From positions 333,002,001 through 333,066,000 of the forward strand of contig OZ024743.1 of assembly GCA_964016885.1 (NCBI GenBank): a stretch of DNA of 64,000 nt, written 5' to 3'. Shown in pieces: positions 1-12,287 of the stretch. Below the pieces are notes generated by a model. The model had not been told where the DNA came from, ran no database searches, and saw nothing but the letters and a program-made list of their open reading frames with translations. Both the position numbers and the translations under genes were made by a program. Position 1 is the first letter of the stretch. Every line of letters begins with the position of its first letter. Origin of the DNA: Eledone cirrhosa. Its lineage: Eukaryota.

Positions 1-261
1 ATTTGTGTAAATCAGACACAATATTGCCTCCTGAACAGGTTTCATTAATCCTCGTTCAGAACTTGTCCACTTTCACATTATACTCACTCTTGCCAATTGA
101 TTTATTCAACTTTCTTTAAAATTTAAATATGTTCGTTTATTGTTTAAAATTAAAAAAATCTTTCTTTCAGATTTCTATCAAACAATATTAACGAGAAATG
201 GTTGAAATGAAATAATTAGGAGAGGAGGAAAAGAAAAAAAAACAAAAAAAAAGCGATCAAA

Positions 262-930
262 ATGCCGAAGATTATAACTAGAGAAAGTCTCCAAAACTTA
301 ACATATCAAGAAAACAAACACGACGATTTCCTTCTTGCTGAAGTAGAAGCAATTCTTCGGCACCCTGACCCAACAAAAATTACTATTGCACCACCGTTCT
401 TCCCGAAAGGTGGGGATGTTTATCTTTACAAATCAGGGCCCCATGACAGAAGAGTAAAAGATAATTACTGGTGGGTTAACAGAGGCAACAATTTCCATTC
501 AAAAAGTCAAAAACGCCATGCTATTATGAAGACTTACTTCAGTCTAAAAGACAGAAACGGCAGCAAGAAAAGTGATTGTCTTAATGGATTCCGGCGCCAC
601 ATCTACCGGCTGGCTGACACAAAAGATGACAAGAGAACACTAATGCTTGTTCACTACCTTGGAGATGAAAAACTACACACACCAGTCCCTCAAATTAACA
701 GTAAAGTGAAGAATGGTAGAAACGGGAGTATCCGCCAAGGTAAAGTTGGCTTGGATATTATAAACCTCTCCGTGCAGAATTCTTATATAGCTAAAGGAGG
801 ACTGAGAACTATTGATACCAAAAATAACAGGATTATAGAAATGAAACGACCAGTTTTTACGACTCAAACATTAAGAGAAAGCAGTTCTGACGATCTGAAA
901 AACTGTTTGGAGAAGTTAAAACAAAATACG
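262..930 (+). CDS. First coding exon of a putative nuclear protein with divergent CG-1-like domain
   Basis: Acceptor tttctttcag at 161-170, AAAATG start at 262, phase-0 donor ACG|GTAAGA at 930/931. Motifs PKGGDVYLY..KDNYWW..FRRHIYRL..LVHYLGDE follow the CG-1 (CAMTA) pattern. Confidence 0.8.
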
Positions 931-1959
931 GTAAGATTTAGTCTTATTTTTATTTTCCAAGTAATGAAAATATTTTATTGTTTCACTTTCTGGAAAACTT
1001 GAAGTACTATTTCATTTTTTTAAAGGTTCAAACAATATGTAAACAATATATTTTAGTGCTTGACCAAAATAGCCCCCCCCCCCCCCCCCTGATGATAGAT
1101 GATAAATTAATATATCTGGTCCGAACTAATTTATTCCAAATGAGAGTTAGAGTTTCGAGTTAAATCAAACATTTTCATATAAATCTGACTCCAAATTGAT
1201 AAGCCATCCAAACATAGAACTAACCCTAATTTGTAATAAATTAGTTCGGATTATATATATATCTTCTTCGCCCACTTATTCGTGAGAGGGTCGTGGGGGA
1301 AGAGACCTCAAACACTCCTTCCAGCGGGTCCTGTCAGAAGCAGCCATTTCCAAACAGCCAAGCTCATGAATGTTATCCAATCATTTTGCTCGGTGTCTAT
1401 CGCTGGGTTTCCTGTCCATTATTCTGCATTCAAACAACATATTAATACACATTGATAGGTGCTTCTCCAGAATACTCCAACACTGTCTTGTGATAAATTA
1501 GTTCTGATTATATTATTATCTTATACTCTGGGGTCCCAATAGGGGGGGTGGTCTAGGTTGTCTCCCTTGATTTTTTGAAAACCAGAATTAGTCGTTTAGT
1601 TTACATATTGAAATCCCAACCTATTCTATTTATTTTATAAAGTGTGAGATATTTTTTTTGTAATGTACTTTTTTGCCATGTATAAAGAAAATTAATTGTC
1701 GCAGGAATAACACCCCTCTGGTAAGGACGCCGTTCGTGAACGACATAAAACTCCTACTGTTATAAAACGTATTTCGATGTAAGAGATAGATAAGAACACA
1801 TCAAAGGCTGTAGTTTCCCACTATTCTTTACAATACAGTGAGCCGCTTCATAAACAATGATAGTAATTGTGGGGAACGAATTTTGATCTGTTGATGTCAA
1901 CGACTACTCAGTTTCCTTCAATTTACATACAATTGTCGATAAACCACACATATATATAA

Positions 1960-3560
1960 TCATCATTGATTAACTCCATTTTCCACGCTAGCATAGGTAG
2001 GATGTGCTGGCCCGCTATGAGGCAGTTAGGTCGGAGGACCGTGTTTTGCTCACATAGAACTGATTTTGGCTTGGTTTCTACGGCTTGATGCCTTTCCTTA
2101 CGCCAACCACATTTACAGTGTGGGCTGGACGCTTTTTATCGTGACACCTACACGACCACTTTACAATGGGATGTGGGCGCTTACTGTCGTGGTTCCAGGA
2201 AGACCACATGGTGTGGATTAGTGACTTGGGTGGGGGTACATGGAGAATTGGAGAGGTAAATATAGGGGTGGGGTGATTGCAACGAGAAAGATGTATGGGA
2301 GGGAAGGTGGTCCATACTAGATGTATGCTTCAGCTCCTGCATATGGGAAGGCAGGTCTTCTGTATTACTACATAGCACCAGAGATTACGGTCCTGTGCCA
2401 TCGCCTTTAAGAGGTGTAATTACGCAAGGTCCGTTTTTATTATCTCATCCCGACTCTTCCTAGGCTTGCCCACTTCACAGCTCCTTTGAGCACTCTGCAC
2501 ATTTTTATACAGCTGTCATCCTTCATATGCATCACATGTCCATACCAAGGCAATCTCTTCTCCTGCACACTGCACCTGATCCCACTTATACCAAATTTCT
2601 CTCGCAGTTCATTTGTTTTGCCTTTCGCATATATTACTATTACATATTCATTGAAGCATGGAGGCCTCGTTTCTTTCCACTCTGGCTACTGTGCTTTCAG
2701 AACAGCCTCCTGCCCTGCTAATTTGGTCACCCAGGTAACAAACTATCTACTACTTCTACAGAGCTCTCTGGATATTTGAAGGAGTTTGTATTCCTGAGAG
2801 CTCTTGCTACTTACTGTCCTTGTGTACTAGCCACATGTAGAACCTACGTTCTTTGTTAGCCTGCCTACTCGTTTTCTGCACACACAACTTTAAGTCTTTG
2901 CCAAGACTTTTTGATTCTAGGCCATGCTTCCAGGTTTAGGTCATCTGCAGGAGTTCCCATGGGCAGCCAGTTTTAAATTCCTCTGATATTGCCTGCAGGA
3001 TGACAATAAGCAGGAGAAGTTTAGGAACTGAGCCCCGATGGACACAAACCTGCACACTGAATTCTTTGCCATAGGTATTGTTAAATCTGACCTTGTTGAC
3101 TGTTCCTCTATACATGGCTTGTACTGCCCTCACAAGCCACTCATCTACTCCTAGTTTCCTAAGAGCCCACCAGATAATGAAATGGGGGATTCTGTCAAAA
3201 GCTTTCTCCATGTCCACAAAAGCCTGTAGAGGGGTTTACCTTTAGCTAGGTACTTCTCTTTACAAGAAAGAGGGCATCCGTGGTACTATCACCTGGTACA
3301 AATCCAAACTGCATTTTATCTGGATTAACATGTTCCCGAATTAGCTGTGCTATAACTCTTTGTGATCTTTATAACCAGGTCAACCAACTTAATGCCTGTA
3401 TAGTTTTCTCTATATAGAGCATCACTTTTGCCCTTGTAGCAGTTGATGATGCTGCTGCTATGCCAGTCATTGGCTATGACACCATTTTGTATTATTTGGT
3501 TTACAATGCGGGAGACTATGGTGTGGCTCACCATTCCTGAAGGTCCAACTGCCCTGCTTG
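1960..3560 (-). mobile_element. Degraded RTE LINE with 3'UTR
   Basis: DMEKAFDRIP and GCPWELL RT fragments, plus the shared 3' tail. Confidence 0.85.
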
Positions 3561-3714
3561 CCTTCATATATATATATATATAAAAACACATGGGGAGAAA
3601 TATAGGAAACAGAAAACGCGTAAGAAACGCACATGGATAATTCCTACTCACCAGCTGTCTTTCTGGGGATTGTTATAGTTTCAGATGCTTTAATATACAT
3701 ATTTATATATCAAT

Positions 3715-4350
3715 TATCATCATTTAACGTCCATTTTTCCACACTAACATGGGTTGGACGAGTTGCCCTTTCTAATGCCAACTACATTTACAGCATGTAG
3801 TGGGTGGTTATTTTTCGTAACACCTACACAATCATTTTACAGTGTGGACTGGGCACTTTTTGTCATGGCCCCAAAAAGACCACTTTCCCGTGTGGAGTGG
3901 GGACTTGAGGAAGTAGATCTAGGGTCATGAGTGAGGGGTGGGATGTGTACAGAAGGGGGTGATGGAGTGGAAGGTGGTGCATACAAGATGCATGCCGCAA
4001 CCCCTGCACACGGGAAGGTAGGTCTTCTGCATAATGCCAGAGACCACGGTCATGTGTCATCGCCTTTGAGAGGTGCAATTGATCAAGGTCAGCTATCACT
4101 TCACCCCAAGTCTTCCTACTCCATAGTTTTCATCAACTTTTGACCTGCACCTTTTTATACGGCTGTCATCCTTCATATGCATCACATGTCCATACCAACG
4201 CAATCTCCTCTCCTGCACACTGCATCTGATCTCTTTTATGCTCAGTTTCTCTCAGTTCATTAATGCTTTGCTTTTCATGTATATTACTATTAAACATCCA
4301 TTGAAGAATGGAAGTTTAATTTCTTTCCAATCTTCGCAGGCCCTCTACAC
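3715..4350 (-). mobile_element. RTE 3' fragment
   Basis: Homologous to the 3' end of 18991-19990. Confidence 0.75.
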
Positions 4351-4399
4351 ACACCACCCAGGCCTGACGATCATGCAACATTATTGCTTATTTATATAT

Positions 4400-5792
4400 G
4401 CAAACTATGAGTACATAAAAGATGTAGTGGGATCACAGGCAAGCTATCTAAGAATGTAGATTTTATATGTGACCGATGCTCTGGTGCATCATCATCATCA
4501 TCAGTTTTTACGTCCATTCTTCCACGCCAGCATGGGTTAGACGGGTTGTCCTGTTGTGGGCAGTGTCTGGTCGGCTGACCATGCCTTGCTCATACAGGAA
4601 CTGATTTGGTTTGATTTCTACAGTTGGATGCCCTTCCTAACACCAACCTCATTTACAGTGAGTGGTGGGTGCTTTTTCGTGGCGCCTACACGTCCACTTT
4701 ACAGTGTGGGCTGGGTGCTTTTTTGCCGTGGCACCTCCACGACCACCTTGCAGTGGGGGGGGGGGGGGGCATATTGTCTATATGCTTCAGCTTGTACCCA
4801 TGGGAGGTCGGGTACTCTGTATTACTGTGTGACGCCAGAGGTGCAATAAGTAGCAAGTGCCCACAGAATACTAGCTCCTTCTACTGCCCAGATGATTCTA
4901 TAGAAATAGTGGACACTTTCCGTTACCTGAGTGACAAAATCAGCAGTGATGGAGGGTGCTCTGAAAGGCCAGTAGCCAGAGTCAGAACGGGATGGAAAAA
5001 GTCCAGAGAACTTATAACGCTGTTGGCCACAAAAAGTTTCTCTCTAAAAATGTAAGGCAGATTGTATGATGCCTGTATACGAACAGCAATGTTACATGGC
5101 AGTGAGACATGGGCATTGTGTGCAGAGGACGTGCGCAGACTTGAAAGGAATGAAGCATGCATGCTCCGTTGGATGTACACGAACGGCAAAACATAATTGA
5201 ACGAAGTGAGAATTAGGAATAAGAGGGATCAGATGCTGTTTACTCGAGAGATTACGTTGGTATGGTCACGTGATGCGCATAAAAAACGACAGCTGTATAT
5301 AAAAGTGCAGGGCAATCAAAATTGATGGAAGTTACGGAGTAGGTAGACCCAGAAAAACCTGGGACATGATAAATTCCGACCTTGCTCCTCTCTAAGACAG
5401 TGTCACTGGATCGAGATCTTTGGCGCTACGCAAAGTTAACCTACAGTCAATAGGCCCCTCCAAACCAAACATACACCCCAACTCCAACCCTCCACTCCCG
5501 CCAACACCACCCTTTCTCTATAAAGTTATGTTGGTACCACAACATCCAGTCCAAACTAATGAAGTCATGTAAAAAAAAAAAAACACAGTCCACGCTGTAA
5601 TGTGGTCGTGTAGGTAACACGGTAAAAAGCTCCCAGTCCACACTGTAAATGTGGTTGGTGCTAGGAAGGGCATCTAGTCGTATAAAACCTGCCAGATACG
5701 AGCGAGACACTGTCACCTGACCAATCTTGCCTCAAGTAGGACAACTCCCGTCTAACCCATGCTAGCGTGGAAAATGGACGTTAAACGATGAT
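4400..5792 (+). mobile_element. RTE 3' portion interrupted by an opposite-strand RTE tail (about 4488-4838)
   Basis: Colinear with the 20258-21370 copy; ggtgca is repeated on both sides of the insert. Confidence 0.85.
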
Positions 5793-6039
5793 ATGTTGGT
5801 AACATGACAAAAAGCACCCAGTCCACATTGTAAAGTGATCGTTTTGGATCAACGACAAAAAGCGCCCAATCAACGCTGTAAATGTGTTGGTGTTAGGAAG
5901 GGCATCCAGCCATAGAAACCAAGCCAGAAACAGTTCCCGTGTGAGCAAAACAAGGTCAGCCGACCTAACATTGCCCACAACAGGACAACCCGTCTAACCC
6001 ATGCTAGCGTGGAAGAATCGACGTAAAACGATATGATGA

Positions 6040-6089
<50 letters not shown>

Positions 6090-7778
6090 TCGTCTGATGA
6101 TCCTGCAAGTAACACTTAACCATTAAATATTTAAACTCCACTTCGGTATTGAGTACTTTTTCTCACGTCCGTCAATAATACACACACACCAGTTCTACAT
6201 ACATCAGTCAAAATTTTGGTTTTGTTTCCTCTTGCCCGTCCAGTCCTCAGTTTCGCGTTTTCTTATTTCAACATTTTTTGTGGTGCATTTCCGTCTGGTT
6301 GGTGGTGGAATTGTTTTTAGTTTTGTCTTTAATTCAGATTATTAAAGGCTTTCCCACCATGACCATCTCGTCATTTCCCCTACGACCATATCTAAATACA
6401 GTGGAATGTGGTGTGACAGTTCAATCGTGTTGACTCTCACATCAAATCTGAAAACTTATCTTTTCTATAAACTCTATATGTATAAATGGATGGACAAATA
6501 ATTGTTTTTTTTTTTTCGTTTTGGTGGATTTTAAGTGCTTTATTATTATTTTATTCGAGGAAGTACGATGGATTAGCATAGTCGTGAGACGCCGAACAAC
6601 GTTTTGCGGCATATACTTTGGTCCGTTTAAAGTCCTTAGTTCAAATCTTGCTGAGGTTAGCTTTGCCTTTCATTGACACAAAAAAGTACCAGTAACGCAG
6701 TGGAGTTGATTTAATCGACTTTCTTCTACCCCAAAATTGTTGGCTTCGTGTCTAAATTAGAAACCGTTATTTATTCGCGGAAGTGCGATGGATTAACAGA
6801 GTCGTTAGATCGTCGGAACAATGCAGTGTTTACATTTTCAGTTCAAATCCCACCGAGGCCAATTTTGCTTTTCACTCTTCCGGGATTGATAGAATAATGT
6901 ACCAGTTAAATACTGATATCGACATAACGACTTTCCCCTCATATAAATTGCTGGCCTTGTGCCAATGTTAGAAAGCCTTATTTTATTTATTCGAGGAAGA
7001 TTTGGCTGCTACTTCTTGTATGTCGAATGAGCACGTGGATGGCCACTCATCTTAGACAATCCAAATATTTTATTTTATTTTATTACATAAGGTTACTTAA
7101 GAGTAAATTACTGTATAAATAAAAGGTATATTTCGCGGCTTCTCTTTTTATGCGCACACACACACAAAACAGTTGTTTAGGTCAACGCTGAACGGGCAGG
7201 CCCACGATCAAATGAATTTCAACCATGGCAATCATAGATTTTAAGGAATATTCAAAATTACGTATCCTTACTTTAAGACGGTAAAATGTAATTTGAGGGA
7301 AATTTGATTTCTACATGCTATTTCTAGCATGTAGAGCGATCGCTTATAGGGTCCCTCGTATTTGAAAATAGACGAATATTTTAAAAAAAACAGGTGGTTG
7401 CTTTATATATATTTTTAATAAATATATATATATTTTTTCTGTGAATATTAATTTTGAAAGTTTGATCGTGAAATAGTAATGCTATATGTAATTTGTAATA
7501 ATTTCGTAGCTAAATACTTTAACATTTTCATAAATTTAAAGTACATTCCTCTAGAAATAAATCCGTTAGAAATATTTCTTACTGAAATTTCATTAAACAT
7601 CTGATTAAACTTCATCTTTCATCAAACTAAGTTATATCTAAACATCTTTTAGCTTTTTATGTAAAACTGAAAAGTACAATTTCAATAGCACGTGTGTGTG
7701 TATGTTACCGGCTAATCCGTAAGTTAAGAAGAAGAAACAAAGAAAAGAAGAAATTTTAACATGGACGAAAACACTTAC

Positions 7779-7862
7779 CGAATGACGGATTCCCAACTCA
7801 GCCAAAACCCTTCGATTGTCCGCTAGATTTTTCAAACGAAGTTTTTCGTATTCACTGCACAT
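7779..7862 (-). CDS. First coding exon (MCSEYEKLRLKNLADNRRVLAELGIRHS) of an antisense gene; motif typical of CDCA7/WDR76-type N-termini
   Basis: AAAAATG context, 28 codons, phase-0 donor TCG|GTAAGT, and SEYE-x2-R-x2-N-x3-N-x3-L-x2-LG motif. No downstream exon identified in the window. Confidence 0.7.
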
Positions 7863-8019
7863 TTTTGTTGATGGAGAAATTGAAGAGAACATTAATAAAT
7901 TCAACGAAAAATAGAATTATTAGTTGGAATCTGAAAGTTTTACAGCTTGTTTTAGTAGTGTCTCTAAGAAGTTTCAATGGCAACATACACAGACACACGT
8001 AATGTGTGTATTCCAGTCT

Positions 8020-8098
8020 CCCGCGAAATTAATATCACGTGTCATCACTCCAAGCAAATGATTGGTCGTTTTCAGCTTCTAGGCGTTACGGCGGGAAA
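8020..8098 (-). promoter_or_regulatory. Cell-cycle-type promoter of the antisense gene
   Basis: E2F-like TTTCGCGGG (8028-8020) and TTTCCCGCC (8098-8090), E-box CACGTG (8036-8041), CCAAT (8065-8061), 160-240 bp upstream of the ATG in locally CpG-richer DNA. Confidence 0.6.
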
Positions 8099-9913
8099 TA
8101 ACTGTCACTAAAACTCCACCTACATGTAATTGAACTAGTGTCATGGTGATAACACCGGCTTCATAAGATTTTCACCAAAAACCCTAATTCTGGTGCTATT
8201 ATATCAAAAATGGAACAGCATTATTTTTCACAACTCTTAAAGTGGTTTTGAATGTTATTCTTCAGTTCCAGTTCATTAATCTCTTTGATTAATTTTCTTA
8301 AATGTATTATTTTTATGCCAGTATAGTTGTCTGTTTTGATTACCCAAATAAATAAATAAAATAATAGGAAGAAACCATTATTATCATTATTTTACGGGGT
8401 CGATAAAATAAAGTACCAGTAATGCACTGGGTAATTGTTGGCCTTGTGCCAAAAGTAGAAACAATTATTATTGTATGGTCTGAGTTCAAATCCCTCCGTG
8501 GTTAACTTTGCCTTTCATCCTTACGGGGTCGATAAAATAAGTATCAGTAATGTACTGAGTAATTGCTGTCCTTGTGCCAAAAGTAGAAACAATTATTTTA
8601 TAAATGATTAAACTCTCTTGAGTCCGAATAACATTTTTGTATTTATTCTCTAATTTTAACTTTCCTGTAGATGTGAGCCTATATATATAAATAAATTGGG
8701 ATTTATAATGATAGATACATAGGAGCCCCAGCAATTATTTCGATCTCGTTATCCACAACTGCTCAAGGAAAACATGTATTTCATTGCCTAAGAGTCTAAA
8801 TAGCCATTTAAATTGAAATTTTCCAACAAAATTATAAGAGCTATCTTTGTAATGAAATAATTAATTATTTTAGTAAATCCTTCAAAATGTTTCTTTTATT
8901 AATCTAAATAGTGTATTTCACAAGAAATATGGTCACGAAAGGGTTAAAATACGCAAATATAGGGATATTTTAGTAATATATAAAGTGTCAAAAATGTACA
9001 TCTACGAACTGCTGTTTTTCAATGAAATGTTAGCAGTCTCCTTCCTGTTGAGCATTTGAACGGCTTTGTTACAGGTTGCTCTCACTACTAACTACTATAT
9101 CAACTGTCGTTTGGCTGTCATTTCACTGAATCTGCCTTATTGTTGAACGTAAAAGAGATTAAAATAATAAACAGGAAGAGATTAAATTAAATACTGTAAA
9201 AAGGGGAAGAGATGAATAAGCTCTACAACCCCTGGCTAGGCTGTGTGTCTTTGTTGTGCCCTATGGACAAAATGGAGAAAGCATTGCAGCAGCCATTCAA
9301 CCTCAGGCGGGTTGCATTCTTCGTGACGGGGTGGAGGGAGGCTGTAGTCAAAGAGACACGTGTCTGGAATGCTCAGCCTCTTACAAGTTAATTTCATGAG
9401 CAGACTGTTCTGTTGATTGAACTGGAACACTCATCATCGAAACGGACGGAAGACTTACATAGATATTTGTAGATTAGTGAGTCAGTATTATTAGAGTTTC
9501 AGTTGATATATACTCACTAGCACTTTAGTTTTGGCTAAGGAGAGAAGATAGGACCCAAATTCCTTCACGGAAGTGGCCCTGCTCAGTATATAGAAAAGGA
9601 GTAGGCATAAACTCCATACAATGTACACAATGTAAATCTTGGGTACACAAAAGATGTAAAAGGATAACTATTAGACTGACAGGAAGGAAGAACGTTGCAT
9701 ATAGAAGATGCAGTAAGACAGTATCTCACCTGTTCTGAGACCAACTTCACAGAGAATATATATAAGAGGTTTTCACAGAGAATTAATTCACATATCTTCT
9801 GACTAACTTCACAATATAAGAAGAAACTCTTTTGACACTTCATGAGATTGACTTAAACTAATGGAACACCTGTAGTGTTTGATAAAATGTACATCTCTTT
9901 CATGTAACATATA

Positions 9914-10205
9914 CTCTCAGGTCTTGAATACCCCACTCCCCACTTATTAAATTTTACTAGTCTATCTCCTGCAAAATTTTATTGCAAGTGATTCACATTG
10001 ATACAGCAGCTGGAGAGTCTATTGATTTTATTTTACATTAAAAAAACATTATATATGACAAAAAAAGAACTTTACAAGAAATCCCATATTTATGAACATA
10101 CACTATATAATTACCGATCTCCCTTCCCCCCACTTATAAGAATTTAAGCAAATGTCTAAACCCCCCCACTTATTCCAATCCCCCCTATTATTTGGGACCT
10201 GAGAG
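9914..10205. mobile_element. TA-flanked MITE (Tc1/mariner-pogo type); single ends at about 1524 and 27755
   Basis: TA|ctctcaggtc ... gacctgagag|TA terminal inverted repeats. Confidence 0.65.
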
Positions 10206-10345
10206 TATACAGGTATTTGTTCTGTCTGATTGAATAAAAAAAACAATCTTTAAAAATAGAACAAAAAAAGTAAATGGATTGTGCTACTATGATTAGTTTA
10301 TAATTATTGGTTTATCTAATATCTTTTTTACTATTATCATTTCAG

Positions 10346-11407
10346 GCTAATCCTTCAGAACTGCTGGATAACAACTTAAAGGTAGTAACAAAAATTAGAA
10401 GAATAGCTGGAAACACTTACAACGTAAACCCCCAACATCATCATTCTGTGAACCAACTTAAATCAACTCCTCATCCCTGGAGGGAAAACCAACAGAACCA
10501 TTCCCAAATCCATTCTTTACCAGTCTCCCGAGCAAACACAGCCCTGTTGAAGCCTGTATTACAAAACAAAGAGAAACCCCAGGTGAGGATTCTCGATGAA
10601 GCTATTAAAAATCAAGCAGCTTTACATCAGAGACAGCCAGTAAACATGTCATTCCAACAAAGAAGACGACTTCAACAGATGCAGAAAGCCAACAATTCTC
10701 TTGGAAATTTATTACCAAAGTCATCAGTTGCTGCAAAAGCTTTATCTTTCCAAAATCAAAAATCATTACGATTGAACACCAGCACAAATACTCAGCCCAG
10801 TGTAAGGATTGTGAATCCCAGGGAACATTTAACCCCTCAAAATGGGTCTGTGGAGGGGTCAGATCAATCTAGCTCATCAAATTGTCCAGAAGCTAATTCC
10901 AGATTACAAATAGACTATAAGAAGCTTTTTGAAGAAGCATCAAAGTTGCCGCGAATGGGTTGTGATGTGTTTGTTCTTGTATCATATCCTGGCAGTAAAC
11001 CAGCTTACTGGGGCACAAAGAAATATGTTGAGAAATTTGAAAATTCTGAGTGTTTGGAGTCTTACGTTGCTTCAAATTGTCTTACTGTGAAACTGAAAGA
11101 CTCTTCTGTGTCTCCTGAAGACTTCAACCATTCTGAAGCAGTAAGGGAGAAACAGTTAACAAATAATACCTTAGTGACTATAAAGACAGAACCTATGGAG
11201 AACAACTCTCCAGATAATGGTAACAGACTTCCAGATAATGGTAACAGACTTCCAGATGTGATGATAAAAAGGGAAATCATTGATGACATAAATAATAGGG
11301 ACTCTGTTGCTCTTGCTAATAATAATAATAATATATTAGAAAATAGAATTAGCTCAGTGACTAAAGCTAATAATCTCAACTACATCCAGAGAACAATGTT
11401 TACATAA
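10346..11407 (+). CDS. Second coding exon of the same gene (low-complexity region, SUMO-type IKTE/IKRE motifs)
   Basis: Acceptor catttcag at 10338-10345 is in frame (phase 0) with the 366-aa ORF and matches the donor at 931. Joined product about 576 aa. The join is inferred from phase only. Confidence 0.72.
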   Translation, partial: ANPSELLDNNLKVVTKIRRIAGNTYNVNPQHHHSVNQLKSTPHPWRENQQNHSQIHSLPVSRANTALLKPVLQNKEKPQVRILDEAIKNQAALHQRQPVNMSFQQRRRLQQMQKANNSLGNLLPKSSVAAKALSFQNQKSLRLNTSTNTQPSVRIVNPREHLTPQNGSVEGSDQSSSSNCPEANSRLQIDYKKLFEEASKLPRMGCDVFVLVSYPGSKPAYWGTKKYVEKFENSECLESYVASNCLTVKLKDSSVSPEDFNHSEAVREKQLTNNTLVTIKTEPMENNSPDNGNRLPDNGNRLPDVMIKREIIDDINNRDSVALANNNNNILENRISSVTKANNLNYIQRTMFT

Positions 11408-11659
11408 AGGTATTTACATTTAGATATTCTTTGCAAAGGACTATAGAAGAACAGTACAAGTCAATGAAGAGAATCCAGTCTCCTTTGACTGTGACACACT
11501 TCAGAATAAGAGAAAGCGAGAGAAAAGAAATCCATCAGCAATGATATGACATGTTATATTGATGTTAAACAAAATACTGCAGAACATTCAGATGTGGCAA
11601 TAGCAAATCCTATTTGTGTAAAAATTGAATCTTTGGCTGAGGATTTAGAAAACAGGTAA

Positions 11660-12140
11660 TGATAGCTTTATGGGAATGTGATGTGATATACTCCTTCTAG
11701 TTATCACATGAAGTATAGTGTGATATCTTGCGTGCTAATGATAGATAATAATATATGGGAGTGTGATGTACTCCTAGTTATCACACATAGCTTTATGTGA
11801 GTGTGATGTGATATATTCTTTCTAGTTATCACACATGGTTTAATATGTGATATACTACATGAAGTGTAGTGTGATATCTTGTGTGCTGATAATAGATTAT
11901 ATCTTTATGGGTGTGTGATATCTTGTATGCTGATGATAGATAACATCTTTATGGGAGTGTGATATACTCTTAGTTATCACATGAGGCATAGTGTGATATC
12001 TTGTGTACTGATGACAGATAATATCTTTATGGGGGTGTGATATACTCCTAGTTATCACATAAAGTGGGGTGTGCTAATGATAGATAATAATATCTTTACA
12101 GGAGTGTGATATACTACTCCTAGTTATCACCTGTGGTCTA
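11660..12140. repeat. Imperfect ~60-80 bp tandem repeat with internal hairpin, downstream of the + strand gene
   Basis: Recurring gtgtgatatactcc..tagttatcaca and gtgtgatatcttgtgtgctgatgatagataa blocks. Confidence 0.8.
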
Positions 12141-12287
12141 ATGTAATATCTAATATGCTGAAATAAACTTGATTTAATAATACATGGTTATTTCAATACT
12201 ATGTAATATATGAATATTAAATGCTATTGATAACAACCAAATATTACTAAATCAGACTATTCATATATGTAATCTATGAATAGAAAG

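Noticed and set aside
6088-6125. CTGATGA next to (TA)n
   Set aside because: No GAAA or stem II partner; at most a truncated fragment.
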